Assembly (NCBI RefSeq): GCF_001194135.2
Contig: NC_068981.1
Span: forward strand, 55,895,153-55,959,152
Length of the DNA: 64,000 nt
Origin: Octopus bimaculoides
Taxonomy: Eukaryota
Direction: 5' to 3'
Part shown: one piece after another, positions 13,948 to 26,779 of the stretch
Layout of the letters: the number at the start of each line of letters is the position of its first letter
Numbering within the stretch: the first letter of the stretch is position 1
Program-made: the position numbers and the translations under genes
Notes under the pieces: model-generated
What the model saw: the letters and a program-made list of their open reading frames with translations, nothing else
The model's database searches: none
What the model was told of the DNA's origin: nothing

Positions 13948-14297
13948 ATGGAAGTGACAAAGGAACATATTTGGCATATTTTGCTTTATGAGTCCAATAA
14001 AGGTAATACTGCAACGGAAAGTGTGAGGAATATTAATGCAGTATATGGAGATTGACAATAAACGTAAACCAGTGTTAACAGTGATTCCAGAAATTCCGAG
14101 CTGGAAACTACTGTGTAGAATACGAACCTCTTCCTGGAAGATCTGTAGAGCTCAATGAGGAAGTCCTGCAAACCCTGGTGGAACAAAATCCCATTGTAAC
14201 TGTTGAAGTAGCAGCAGAGAAACTTGTATGCTATTGGAAAAGTCAGAAAAATATAAATTCTGTAGACAAGGTTAGAACAGTACTGGAGGAGTATTTG
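13948..14297 (+). mobile_element. Mariner transposase remnant (HTH region, internally deleted)
   Basis: ATG 13948: MEVTKEHIWHILLYESNKGNTATESVRNINAVYGD...FQKFRAGNY...EPLPGRSVELNEEVLQTLVEQNPIVTVE, then a jump to C-terminal KNINSVDKVRTVLEEY. Confidence 0.88.
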
Positions 14298-14317
14298 CCA
14301 CAACTGTGATTTTACTT

Positions 14318-14580
14318 GGCTTGATGGGTCTTCTTCTCAAGCACAACATAATGCCAAAGGTCTCGGTCATTGCCTCTGTGAGGCCCAACATTTGAAAGGT
14401 CCTCAACCACTTTGCCTCTATGAGGCTCACTGTTTGAAAGGTGCCTTTTACATGTCACCTGCATGGGTGCCGGTTATATGACACCAGTATCAACCACGAC
14501 TGCAATTTCACTTGGTTTGATGGGTCTTCTCAAGCACAGCATATCGCCAAAGGTCTCAGTCACTAGTCACTACCTCTGTA
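14318..14580 (-). mobile_element. RTE C-terminal fragments, locally duplicated
   Basis: Two copies of CACTTGG(C/T)TTGATGGGTCTTCT...CAAGCACA...GCCAAAGGTCTC.GTCA; minus strand reads like LGLTEAMT..DLW.YAVLEKT..AK. Confidence 0.7.
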
Positions 14581-14768
14581 ATATAATATACACACATACA
14601 CATTTACACACCACATATATCAGAGATACATCAATCAAGTTAATTATTAGCTGAGATTTTAACTTTAAATATTTTAATATTAATTGGTTTGTTTTAATAT
14701 ACAAAGTTTTTACATGCATGCATTTTATGTATGTATGTATGTATGTATGTATGTATGTATGTATGTAT

Positions 14769-14941
14769 NNNNNNNNNNNNNNNNNNNNNNNNNNNNNNNN
14801 NNNNNNNNNNNNNNNNNNNNNNNNNNNNNNNNNNNNNNNNNNNNNNNNNNNNNNNNNNNNNNNNNNNNNNNNNNNNNNNNNNNNNNNNNNNNNNNNNNNN
14901 NNNNNNNNNNNNNNNNNNNNNNNNNNNNNNNNNNNNNNNNN
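14769..14941. other. Assembly gap (others at 17728-18258, 25266-25365, 30525-30955, 44418-44433)
   Basis: N runs, nearly all flanked by AT/ATGT microsatellites. Confidence 1.
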
Positions 14942-15035
14942 ATGCATGTATATATACATATATATGTGGGTATGTACATATGTGTATGTATATATGCATT
15001 TATTTATATATTATTTATGTTATTATATATATCTA

Positions 15036-15356
15036 GCACTTGTGCTGGTGGCACGTTAGAAAATCATTCGAGCGAGGTCGTTGCCAGTGCCGCTGGACTG
15101 GCTCCCGTGCAGGTGGCACGTAAAAAACACCTTTTTGAGCGTGGCCGTTGCCAGTACTGTGTGACTGGCCCTTGTGCCAGTGGCACGTAAAAGCACCCAC
15201 TACACTCTCAGTGGTTGGCATTAGGAAGGGCATCCAGCTGTAGAAACTCTGCCAGATCAGATTGGAGCCTGGTGCAGCCTTCTGGCTTGCCAGTCCTCAG
15301 TCAAATCGTCCAACCCATGCTAGCATGGAAAGCGGACGTTAAACGATGATGATGAT
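15036..15356 (+). mobile_element. Young RTE 3'UTR copy (GAT tail)
   Basis: Ends ...CCAACCCATGCTAGCATGGAAAGCGGACGTTAAACGATGATGATGAT; CpGs retained; three GTGCC..GGCAC modules. Confidence 0.9.
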
Positions 15357-18300
15357 ATACAAATAATTGTTTTGGAGACTCAAGTATCAATTCACCATAA
15401 ATTCATTAAAGGTGTCATCATTAAGTGACTTTTCCTGAAGTTAAGAGCAGGAAGTGATTTTAAACAGTCATGTTTTTCAATACTTAAACATGAATTTTCA
15501 ACTTAAAAATTTCTGGTAATATTTATGGAGCATTAGTTCATATGATTTACTTTTAAGTATGTTGTTGAATTTTTATTCAGTTCTTGATACATTTCTGAAA
15601 TTTTACTTTAGCTTTTGTCACGTAGTTTAACAACTGAAATTTAATAACTATACTTCTTGACTTTTACTATAGGAAAGCATTGGCTCAAAATTACTTCCTT
15701 AATTGTAATGAAAAAACTAAAAACTGTAACAATGCTTGTTACAGTGCTATCAATTAGGACTTAGTGTGAAAGTTCATACATATTCTAAATTTAAATTGAC
15801 AAGTGTGGGTGCAGAAGGTCGTTCTTATTAGTTCATATATTTCAAGTTTAAATTAATCTTCAGTGACATGTAAACAATGTTACTGTAACAACCACATAAA
15901 CTACAAATGACAATTTCATGTAATATGTATGTCAGGAAAGGGCAGTGTTTTGACATTTATATAATCAATTTATAGAAATTTTTTTGGCAATATTTTGGGT
16001 TGTGATTTTGTTATTGACTGAGTTGTTACAGTTGTTTATTGTCCTGGAGCTAAATTGTAGAGTTTTCAGTAAGAGTATTTTAATGTTTGCTCTCTTAACA
16101 CAGCACTTACTACATTTATTGTCATTGTAGGGTGTGGCAGGCTTCACTATTGTGACTGTAGCCTCCATTATTCAGTAGCAGCAACTTTTGCAGGTTTTCT
16201 TGTTCCAGCACATCATTTCATTGTGTTCTTTTCTATCAGTAACAGACTGAACAAATCCCTAATTCTGCACAACTGCCCACACTCCCTTACTATCTGCTTT
16301 CTATGAGTTTATATATTATGAATTTCTCAGACATATTCTAATTACTCTCCTATGTGGATTGGTTTGTCTGTGTGAGTGAGTCTATTAGGTCATTCATTCT
16401 ACTCATAGTCATCTGTTACAGTTTATTCTTCATATTGTTGCTATATGACAGCATATATACCTGCTGATGTTGGAAGAAGAGCTTACTGAAGGAAGGGAAC
16501 ATGGAGAAGTAATAGACAGGTGACATTCTCTATTTGAGTAAGTGAAATTCTAAAAAGACAAAATTTCTATATGGACTCTGAAAGAGTGAGGGGGGGGGGG
16601 TTAGCGAATGAGTCACTGGTGTTATTTATACATGCTCAACTAAAGGAAAAGATCAATATTAGTTTTCATTGGTGCAAGTGATCAGGGTGTCAATGAGAAA
16701 ACTTAACAGTTGTAACAAGTCGTGTTATGTTTGTCTGTGAAAAATTACGCAAATATCTCTTCATATTTGGTTCACATGTAAATTTTCTTCCAACTAAAGC
16801 TACAAGCTATGATGACATGACATGTCAAGAGTTGGGTGCTTCAGAATACCCTACCTCTTCCCCTTACGTTGCTTCATGTTTATATTTTGATCTATTTCTC
16901 ATTTAAAAAGTTGCTGAAAGTATCTATTTGTATCCTCATCATCAAAATAATATTCAAACAGTGTTATATTATAAATTCTAGCTATATTTTAATTTATAAA
17001 AGTATAGAAATCATGGAATTTAATTGAGAAATCTCTTTTCTTTATCTATTTTGTGTGTGTGTGTGTGCGCGCATGCATAATTGTATGCATGATTACATTG
17101 TGTTTGTGCATAGATACATGTGTGTATGTGTGTCTGTGCATGTATGTGTCTGTGTGTCTTTGTGTGTGTAAGCACATGCTTTTGAATCTGTGTGTCTGTG
17201 TGCTTGTATGTACATGCATGTATGCATGCATGCACTGTGCAAGTGCGTACATGTATGTTCTGTGTCTTCTGTAACTGATGCTGCTGATACTCATGCTGCG
17301 AGTGCTTGCATCAGCCAATTAGTCAACAAGAAGTGAGACACAGTCAGATCCCCATACTAAGGAGCAGACTTGAAGCTTGTGGAAGGTCCCTTCAGGTGGG
17401 GAAAGGAACCAGACTGCTGTATGTGTGTGTGGATATTTTATTACTTCCCTAGTGTTGCATCATGAATCTGGTAAGTGTTTTCTGTTTGAATTGAACAAGA
17501 TTACTTCAAGGACAATTTGCCTGTTAGATCAGGCAATAAAACAGCACAAAATACTCTTTCAAGCTCAGATTCCTAACATATTTGATAACTATCGTAACTG
17601 TTTTAGTTTTAGTAAAAACATATATCAATATAAGTATAGTTGTATATGTGAGAGTGTGTGTATGAATATGTATAGATACACGTGTCTGTATGTGTGTATA
17701 TACATGTATTTATATATGTATATATATNNNNNNNNNNNNNNNNNNNNNNNNNNNNNNNNNNNNNNNNNNNNNNNNNNNNNNNNNNNNNNNNNNNNNNNNN
17801 NNNNNNNNNNNNNNNNNNNNNNNNNNNNNNNNNNNNNNNNNNNNNNNNNNNNNNNNNNNNNNNNNNNNNNNNNNNNNNNNNNNNNNNNNNNNNNNNNNNN
17901 NNNNNNNNNNNNNNNNNNNNNNNNNNNNNNNNNNNNNNNNNNNNNNNNNNNNNNNNNNNNNNNNNNNNNNNNNNNNNNNNNNNNNNNNNNNNNNNNNNNN
18001 NNNNNNNNNNNNNNNNNNNNNNNNNNNNNNNNNNNNNNNNNNNNNNNNNNNNNNNNNNNNNNNNNNNNNNNNNNNNNNNNNNNNNNNNNNNNNNNNNNNN
18101 NNNNNNNNNNNNNNNNNNNNNNNNNNNNNNNNNNNNNNNNNNNNNNNNNNNNNNNNNNNNNNNNNNNNNNNNNNNNNNNNNNNNNNNNNNNNNNNNNNNN
18201 NNNNNNNNNNNNNNNNNNNNNNNNNNNNNNNNNNNNNNNNNNNNNNNNNNNNNNNNNNTATTTATATATATATATATGTGTGTATATACATGTATTTATA

Positions 18301-18362
18301 TATGTATATATATATGTATATATATATGTATGTATGTATGTATATGTATATATATGTATGTA

Positions 18363-18400
<38 letters not shown>

Positions 18401-18401
<1 letters not shown>

Positions 18402-18708
18402 AGGCGCAATGGTCCAGTGGTTAGGTCAGCGGACTCGCGGTCGAAGGATCGCGGTTTCAATTCCCAGACCGGGTGTTGTAAGTGTTTATTGAGCGAAAAC
18501 ACCTAAGCTCCACGAGGCTCTGGCAGGGGGTGGTGGCGACCCCTGTTGTACTCTTTCACCCCAACTTTCTCTTACTCTTTCTTCCTGTTCTTGAGTAAAG
18601 CAGCGATGGTCTGGCGTCCCGTCTAGGTGGGGGGAACACATACGCCATAGAAACCAGGAAACCAGGCCCACGAGCATGGCTAGGCTTTGAAAGGGTGACG
18701 TTTATCAT
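18401..18708 (+). mobile_element. tRNA-derived SINE, relatively young
   Basis: A box TGGTCCAGTGG (18410-18420), B box GGTTTCAATTCC (18453-18464), many CpGs retained, inserted in (AT)n. Confidence 0.85.
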
Positions 18709-18710
18709 TT

Positions 18711-18729
<19 letters not shown>

Positions 18730-18742
<13 letters not shown>

Positions 18743-19119
18743 ATTAATTCAATAATAGGATAAAATTTTTTACAAGAATTTATCAAGTAGCTAGTGTGAA
18801 AAAACCTCATAAGGGAAAAATCATTTATTCCCCAAAATATATTTATTTATATAAGGGCATTACTATACATGAATGCCTCATGCTATGTGGGACTCTAAGG
18901 TCAAACTACCATAATAGACACATTTTTACCGAACGCGAGGAAATGCAACTCTCAAAGCTGGCCTCTTAAAAACAGACTAAACTATATATCGATGATTTCA
19001 CAGTTATTACAGGAATATGTAACCTCTGCTCATCAGTATAGTATGGTCAAAATACATAAAAATAAACAAAAATTCAACATACCATATGAACACCTTATGT
19101 ATGTATGTATGTATGTATG

Positions 19120-19157
<38 letters not shown>

Positions 19158-19430
19158 CTGCATATATACATACATATATGTACATACTTACATATATATG
19201 TATATACATATGCATATATGGGTACAGGATGTCATAAAATGTAAACAATATGAAATATGCAAACATGGAATAGAAACTTTTTTTGTGAACAACAAAAGAA
19301 TCAAAAGGAAAACAAAACAAGTAACATAAAGAACAACCCCTCATCAGTTGTCGTCTGTTTATCTACTCCACATTTCGAGCAATTATGACAATTGTTTTCG
19401 AATTTCATGTTGTTTACGTTGTTGTCCAGT
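18730..19430 (-). mobile_element. Non-coding repeat element carrying a hammerhead ribozyme (Penelope pLTR / retrozyme-like)
   Basis: CpG-retaining non-coding block interrupted by microsatellites and containing the hammerhead at 18981-19042. The Penelope link is inferred from the known association of minimal type I hammerheads with Penelope-like elements; boundaries approximate. Confidence 0.5.
18981..19042 (-). ncRNA. Type I hammerhead ribozyme
   Basis: Minus strand ACUAUA CUGAUGA GCAG-AG-GUUACA-UAUUCC-UGUAAU-AA-CUGU GAAA UC-AUC-GA UA^UAUAGU. All core nucleotides are present, with a 6-bp stem I, a two-helix stem II, a short stem III and an AUA cleavage triplet. Confidence 0.8.
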
Positions 19431-19589
19431 ACCTAGACATGTATATATACATACATATATATCTAAGTATGTACATGTATGTATATATGCATATATATGT
19501 ATATATAGGTATGCACATGTATATGTACACATATGCACATATGTGTGTATATTTGTGTGTTCATATATATCTGTGTGTGAAGTGTGTGT

Positions 19590-19740
19590 TTGCTGGGTAA
19601 GGTTGCTTTCTAACTACATGTTTTGAGGTTCAGTCCCACCGCTTGACACCTTAGGCAAGTGACTTCTACTAAAGCACCAAGCGGACCATAGAATTGTGAG
19701 TTGATTTGGTAGATGGAAACTGAAAGAAACCTATTGTATA
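19590..19740 (+). mobile_element. tRNA-derived SINE 5' half (GGCAAGTGTCTTCTACTATAGC family)
   Basis: Same body as 34130-34290, 33640-33755(-), 48960-49130(-), 59205-59345, 59710-59870. Confidence 0.75.
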
Positions 19741-19852
19741 TATGTATGCATGTGTGTATATGTTTGTGTATGTATGTATGTACGTGTGTGTGTATGTATA
19801 TATATGTGTGAGTGTATATATGTATTTTGTGCATACATATGTAAAAATGCTT

Positions 19853-19912
<60 letters not shown>

Positions 19913-19914
19913 CA

Positions 19915-20782
19915 CTAGTTGACATACTTAGTAATTCCCAGGAAAGCGGGGCTTGTCCCTTGGTTCCGTTCTCATAATTGTTTCACTAAGCCCATAACAA
20001 ATGGTTTTTGTGCATTTACAGAGAATACCAAACTGTCTTACACAGGATCTTGTTTTTAGGAATTCCCAATAAGTTATGAATACCCAAATTGTGAAGTCAG
20101 TTATGTAATAACATGAAATTAGTTACCTGATAGTAAGAATTCAAATAAAGTAGCCCTGAAAATGGCTTTAATGCATTCTCAGAGTATATGGAACTTAGGA
20201 GGAAATACTAATAAGGTATGTATGCTAAAATCGTGAAGCATGTTTCATAATAACAGGCTAATCAGATATGAGACAATAACAATTCAAAGAAATAACTTTG
20301 AAAGGGCTTTTGTGCATTCCAGAGAATATTACCCTTGCGCACTAGTGTTGGTATATCTGTGAATAAGTCACTAACCGATATAACCAATATATATTGCTTA
20401 GGAAAATACTATTTACTCGTTTAAGGGTTGTACTGGATAAATTGCGAAAATAACTCTAACAGTTAAAATACTAAGAAATAAGCATACTCAATTTCATTTT
20501 TACCAAATAATTTAAGAAAATGAATGAGTTATTTCCCTTGGCTATATATAAGCATCCCTTCCTGGGGCGAATAGGCTATTTCTCTTGGCTTTTAAAATAA
20601 AAAATTAGATATATATAAGGATCTCTTCCAGGGGGCCTATTATCGATTTTTTCTTCAACAATCTGAGTATGCCATGAGGTTTCCAGACATAAGTTCGACT
20701 CACGTATCAATTTTTATCAAAATCGATAGCTAACAACTCCACAAACACACCCACAGACAGAATTTCCCACATATATAGTAGA
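19915..20782 (-). mobile_element. Non-autonomous Helitron-like element (about 870 bp)
   Basis: Minus strand starts A|TCTACTATATAT (20782) and ends CTAG|T (19915), with a GC-rich subterminal motif and an internal direct repeat TTTTGTGCATT(T/C)(A/C)AGAGAATA; both flanks are AT microsatellites. Confidence 0.6.
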
Positions 20783-20795
20783 TACATACATACAT

Positions 20796-20835
<40 letters not shown>

Positions 20836-20869
20836 CTTTTTCAATTCTTTTATTCAAATATGACATGAC

Positions 20870-21228
20870 CATTTACAGGGTCTCTGAGATTGGTGGGTGG
20901 GATGGAGCATAAGAGTAGTTATCTTCAGACAATAAGGCTGGCCTGAATCCTTGCCATAAAGTGGGTTGTGGTAAAAAACCAAGTGATGCATTAAATATAT
21001 CACCCGTGTAGGCTATGACCAGATTTGAACTGAAAATGTTAGGAGTTGGAACAAATACCAATATACAACAGTACCAATGTTCTTAATGTTTTGGCAGCTC
21101 ACCACCCTGAATTGGTACTTTTTTTTTTTTATCAATCCCTAAGGATGAGAGGGTAAGTTGACTTTTGTAGGATTTGAACTCAGAACATTTTATCCAGTGC
21201 TGGAGTCATTCTGACTCTGCCAAATTAG
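20870..21228 (-). mobile_element. SINE fragments of the GAGTTCAAAT...AAGGTCGACTTTGCC family
   Basis: Reverse-complement similarity to the copies at 39398-40370. Confidence 0.55.
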
Positions 21229-21229
21229 T

Positions 21230-21383
21230 TTGGCATTAGGAAGGGCATCCAGCTGTAGAAACTCTGCCAAATTTAGATTGGAGCCTGGTGTTGCCATCCG
21301 GTTTCACCAGTCCTCAGTCAAATCGTCCAACCCATGCTAGCATGGAAAGCGGACGTTAAACGATGATGATGATGATGATGATG
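21230..21383 (+). mobile_element. Young short RTE 3'UTR copy
   Basis: Terminal about 70 nt identical to 15036-15356 and 54916-55349, with (GAT)n tail. Confidence 0.9.
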
Positions 21384-21384
21384 A

Positions 21385-21420
<36 letters not shown>

Positions 21421-22744
21421 CTATCTGTATGCACACACATACATGTGCGCACGCGCATGCACACACACACACAGTGGCTTATAAGAATACTTCTCAAACT
21501 CTTTTGTCTATATATACTCTTATTAAGTTTTGGTTGTATACATTCTTGTATGTATGGGGATTATGTTTTCAGAGAAGGAATATATAAGTGTAATTCAGTG
21601 TATTTTTGTTTGTATGTTACATAACACCTTTATCTGTTATCATCATATTTTTTTCTCTGTTTTGTAAAATAAAACATTTTGTATCAGGAAGAATTTCTCA
21701 CATGCTCAATTTGAGATTTGTGTGTAGTAATTTGGAATCCTTACATTTTTGTTATCAACAATGTCGGTCAGTTCTCAATTGGAGAATGTCCATTGTCATT
21801 TTAACTGCTGGGAATTTCCCTGCATTACTGTTGTTGCAGACAATGCTTCCTGTTAAGGAGCTGGAATGTTTCTTAATATTTCTCTAACCTTCCCCTTTCT
21901 CTCTTTTCATCACCCTCTTTTGCTGTCCATTCTGTCTGAGTATGTTCTCCAGCTTTCTGAAACTCCAAGTTGCTATCACAAACAACATATGAATAATGAA
22001 AGAATATTAACAATAATTATTCATTCTCTGTGTGTTAATTGTAATAAATGGGGTTAAGTGTCTTTTGGGGGAAAAAGGAGGTAATGTAAAAAAATCAAAA
22101 CAAAAGAACTACAACTATAAAATAAATCTACATGTTTCTATTGTAAACAGGGTAGACATATAAAATTGATAAATTCTGAACTTACTAAACAATTTATACA
22201 AAAATCAGTTTTTTAAAAAATTAATTTACTTTTTGTCTGAGAGCAGCTTTTGAAGATGTATGCTTTAATTTATATTTATTATCAGCATTTATAGAATATA
22301 GTTGGATTTCTTCAGTTAGGTATTGCAAATGTTCCAGTTTGACTTAACAAACTAAGTCAGAATATTAAAATTCAATGAGTAAAATTAAAATAAGAAATAA
22401 TGTATTATTTTGATAGATGATTTGTAGTGTCTCTCAAAAATAGTTTTTTTTTCCCTATACTTTGTGACCCTTTTGTTATAAAAAAAGAAATCTTTAATTA
22501 AAAAAAACACTTTAAAAAATTGTTTTTTTAACTTTATGGTTTATCTCTGGAATAGATTTATTCACTTTTTATTGACTTTCTAACATGCATATAAATGTTT
22601 GTGCGTGTGATTTTAAATTGATTAAAAAAAATACACCAGCTCTCACTTCAAATGATTTCCTTTTGAAAAGAAAGAAAAATCTATTTTACAGTATCCTGAA
22701 AGATGTACTTTCAATTTCTGTCTTTACATCTGTAAATATTGCAT

Positions 22745-22745
<1 letters not shown>

Positions 22746-22838
<93 letters not shown>
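22746..22838. repeat. Perfect (CA)n microsatellite
   Basis: Direct sequence; followed by a GA-rich tract at about 22955-23030. Confidence 0.98.
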
Positions 22839-22839
<1 letters not shown>

Positions 22840-25365
22840 GGTATGGTGGAGTAGATGTGTATGGGGCCTCAAGTCTCGGTGTCAATAATGAAATATCACA
22901 TCACCCCCTCCCCTCTCACATTTTACATCTGTTATGCTTTCTTTTGCTTTATGAGAGAAAGCAGAAGAGAAAAGGAGGGAGCGAAAGAGAGAACAGAGGA
23001 GAAAGAAAGAGAGAGAGAGAGAGAGAAAGAGGAGTTAGCTGCACATTCCTTTTCTATATGCAAAAGAGCATGTCGTTGTTGGGAGTGGGGGAGTGAAACT
23101 ACTTCAATTCAACACTTAGTGATATTTATTCATTACTGTTGATTTTTCAATGAGACAGAGATGCTGGTAAGGTTGATGAATTCTGTGTTACTCTACGGCT
23201 CTAAAAAGGTTGAGAAAAGTGGAGGAAAACCCCTTCTTATGTATGTATACAGAACTATATGAAAATATATCTTTCATTTTTATCAAACATCTCACCATTA
23301 TTTAGTTCTCTTGGTGTGTGTGCCCTTACCGATTTAGTCACTAATGTTTCTTCACTAGTTTTCCCCTCCCCAGTAATACGCTGACTAGATAAATATCATG
23401 TGATTGTGACGATCGACCAATTGTGATAATAAATGCATGATGATAGTTCTTCTATCAGACAGGATTTCTCATTCTGTCTGTTGCCTAAATTCTTTGAATA
23501 TTTGTCTGGAGCTGCACACAAACATACAGACACACTAACATAGACAGATACATGAATATGTACAAGCACATGAATATCCATTTACACAGATGCATACATG
23601 CACATACTCATTCATCTGTTCGTTTATTCATACCATGTCTTATATGTATCATTTAGATTAAAGGAAAAAGAAATATGAATGAATTATATAAAAAAAATAA
23701 ACAAAACCCAAGACTTACAGTTATTGACTTTTGAAAAATAGAGAGGGTTTGTTATAACGTGTTTTGAAATTGTATTTAGGGGATGTAGTAATTTTAACTA
23801 TGATGATAATAATAGTAATAATAGCAGCAATGATTATTATTAGAATAGTAATATCAATGAATGATAATAGTAAGAATTGATGATAGTAAATGATATAATA
23901 AACAGAACACTTATTTCGGATATTAAAAAAAAAAAAAAGATCAACCTATATTTAAGCTGTAGCAAATGGCAGAGGAGTCTGACCTAATGTAATTTATACA
24001 CGTGTGGAATGGATGTAATGAGACAGAAATAGTGGAACAAAAGAAATGGAAGTGTGGAGAAAAGAAAGCAAAGCAATAAAACAAAAGAAAACAATGCAAA
24101 AAATTGGTAAAACAATGCAAATGATGAAGAAAAAACAAAAATAGAAAGATTGCTCCTCTTGGGAATATTGCCTTAGAAAGAATGTTGCAATATTCTCCGT
24201 AATTTCATGACAAATGAAACAGCAAAATAACAGTAACTTAGCATGAAAGAGATGAAAGATTTAGGGTTATAGGTTCTAAAAATTAATCGTGAATTATTTC
24301 CTTTTTTTATTTTCATGATGTCCATTAAAGAAAATAACAGTTTGGTTTCACTGAGAATTGTATGTAAATGCCGGCACCCAAACAAGGGATAAACAATTGT
24401 TTTCATTGGTCTATTATGGTTCCAGTGCACCCCCCCCCCTTCTCCGCTTTTCACATCCATTAGGATTACTCACTGGGCTGCTGGCGGCAATGTTAGAAAC
24501 AGCACTAATGTATAGTAGCTTGCAGCTGTGAGATCTGATAGTAGTGACAGCTTCATGATCTCTTTTGTTAGGACTTTATAGGCATTGTTTAAGAATAAAT
24601 TGCTGAGAATGAATGATCTTATTCTCATATGTATGTATGTATGTATGTATGCATGTATGTATGTATGTATGTATGTAAAGGTAGGTAGGTAAGTGTGTCT
24701 GTGTGTGTATGTGCATATATGTGGGATTTTCTATCTATGTGTGTGTATGTGTATACATGTGTTTGTATGTGTGTATACATACATGTGTGTGTGTGTAAGT
24801 GTGTGTATATACATTTATATATATGTGTATGTGTGTGTATCTCTCTGTCTGTGTATGTATAAGAGTACGTGCATATGTGGGAGTTTAAGGACAGATAAAC
24901 TTTCAGTAGTCTCTGACATATACATGTGCACACTTCAATCATCATTAAATCAACATGAACTCTAAAACTTCACAAATGTCTTCCTTTCTTTATGTACAAA
25001 AGAATGGGTTTATTTATATTGCGTCCTCTCTTTTTCCCTTGATGCTTGGTGGTTGTATTAAATGGTGGAATTAATTCGGGTCTCATTAGTTTTCTTCACA
25101 TCAGTGAGCTTTAACCTTTCATATATATATGTACGTATATGCATGTACGTATGAATGTATGTATGTATATAATTGTATATATGTATGTATTTAAATATAT
25201 ATATGTACGTATATACATGTACGTATGTATGTATGTATGTATATATATACATATATATATATATANNNNNNNNNNNNNNNNNNNNNNNNNNNNNNNNNNN
25301 NNNNNNNNNNNNNNNNNNNNNNNNNNNNNNNNNNNNNNNNNNNNNNNNNNNNNNNNNNNNNNNNN

Positions 25366-25404
<39 letters not shown>

Positions 25405-26779
25405 CACACACCCACCAGTTGCTTACATTTTCTTACATAACTTTTGCTTTTTTTTTCCTCTGAAAAATGCTTTGTGATTTATTCTTCTGTCTTATTTATT
25501 TAACATACATTAGCATTTGAATAACACATCATTTTGTTAACATTATTCTAATTAGACTAGTTCACTTCAGAATTTTTGCTTTATGTCTTCTTGGACAGCT
25601 TTTTAGTTTGCTGTTTTTCTACTTAGAAATTAATTCAAATGAATTGTTTTTATTGATACATTAAAAATTAAGCTTAACCACATTACTTTGTTCTTTATAA
25701 GATGTGATAAGCCATTTGTTTGCCTCTTAGTTTTGATTATATTTTAATATAATTGTTATTGTAATGAAAATTTGTTCATCTCATTAGTTTTATCTTTCAT
25801 CTTCAGAATAGTTTACATCATCATGGATGGCAACTTTTGTCAGTTGAAGATTTTGTTTTTACTATTTCATTCTAATAAATCATAGTCTTAACAAGAGAAT
25901 TCAAAGTTTGTTTCTTAAGCTTCATATCTAATACTTAACTAAACTACTACGCTCATCTTGGAAACTTGTTATCTAGAAGAGTGTTATTTGTTTAAGATTA
26001 AGGTATCGTAACTTGTGTTTGAAAGAAATAAACTTCTTGAAATTAAATATGTTTTCATTGTATAAGTATCATGACCAAATTAAATATAAGTATTTAAGTT
26101 CATGTTGTGAAAGTTTTTAACATTAGTTAACTCTGAATATAACTTTTATTCTTTTCTAATCCAAATCAGCTCAGATGAAGTTAGATGCTACTATTTGGTG
26201 ATTAATACAAATGGCTTGTTAGAGGTTTGAATTTACAATCTTACTGCAGCTTATTAAGTGACTTCTTATCCTAGTGGAAACCATGTTGTTAGGACTAACT
26301 TGCTATCTTATTTCATATTGTTTCTTTAATTTAAGTGTCATACTAGCTTATTAATGGATAATTGCAGATCTGTTGACTGTGTCATCATAGTCTAAATAAT
26401 GCCATAATTTTGAAGATGCATTGGTTTGCCAATATATGACAGCAATTATATGATCCAATTCTTCATTTTCCTTCATATTTTCATGAATTGAAAAGCTGGA
26501 TTCTTTAAAATTTTACAGCAATATAAAGTCTGATGTTAAAAGTGCTTGAAGTTTATTTGTTGAAATAATTGGATGTATCTACACGATATTCATTCTATTC
26601 TTGTTCAGAAAACTTGTGTTGGCTATAATCAAAAATTAAATTAAATTTTATTGAAGAGTTGAAGGTAAACCTTTGTTAAACTTTTGTATTTTGTTTTAAT
26701 TATTTACTGGTATGAAGGCAATGAACTGGTAGAATACTTAGGGCATCCATAAAAATGTTTCTCTTTATTTCTTCTGACT

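Noticed and set aside
17377-18506. Long ORFs in the supplied track here and at 13571-13835, 14570-15190, 25058-25477, 30374-31084
   Set aside because: They are produced by N-gaps (X runs) and dinucleotide microsatellites (YI/CV/HT repeats); no coding signal.
19341-19347. Additional CTGANGA cores (here on minus; also about 1572, 41577, 50971, 53654, and CTGAGGA in every RTE UTR copy)
   Set aside because: No GAAA with paired stems II/III and no stem I in register; a type II permutation at 19341 fails at the cleavage base and stem I.
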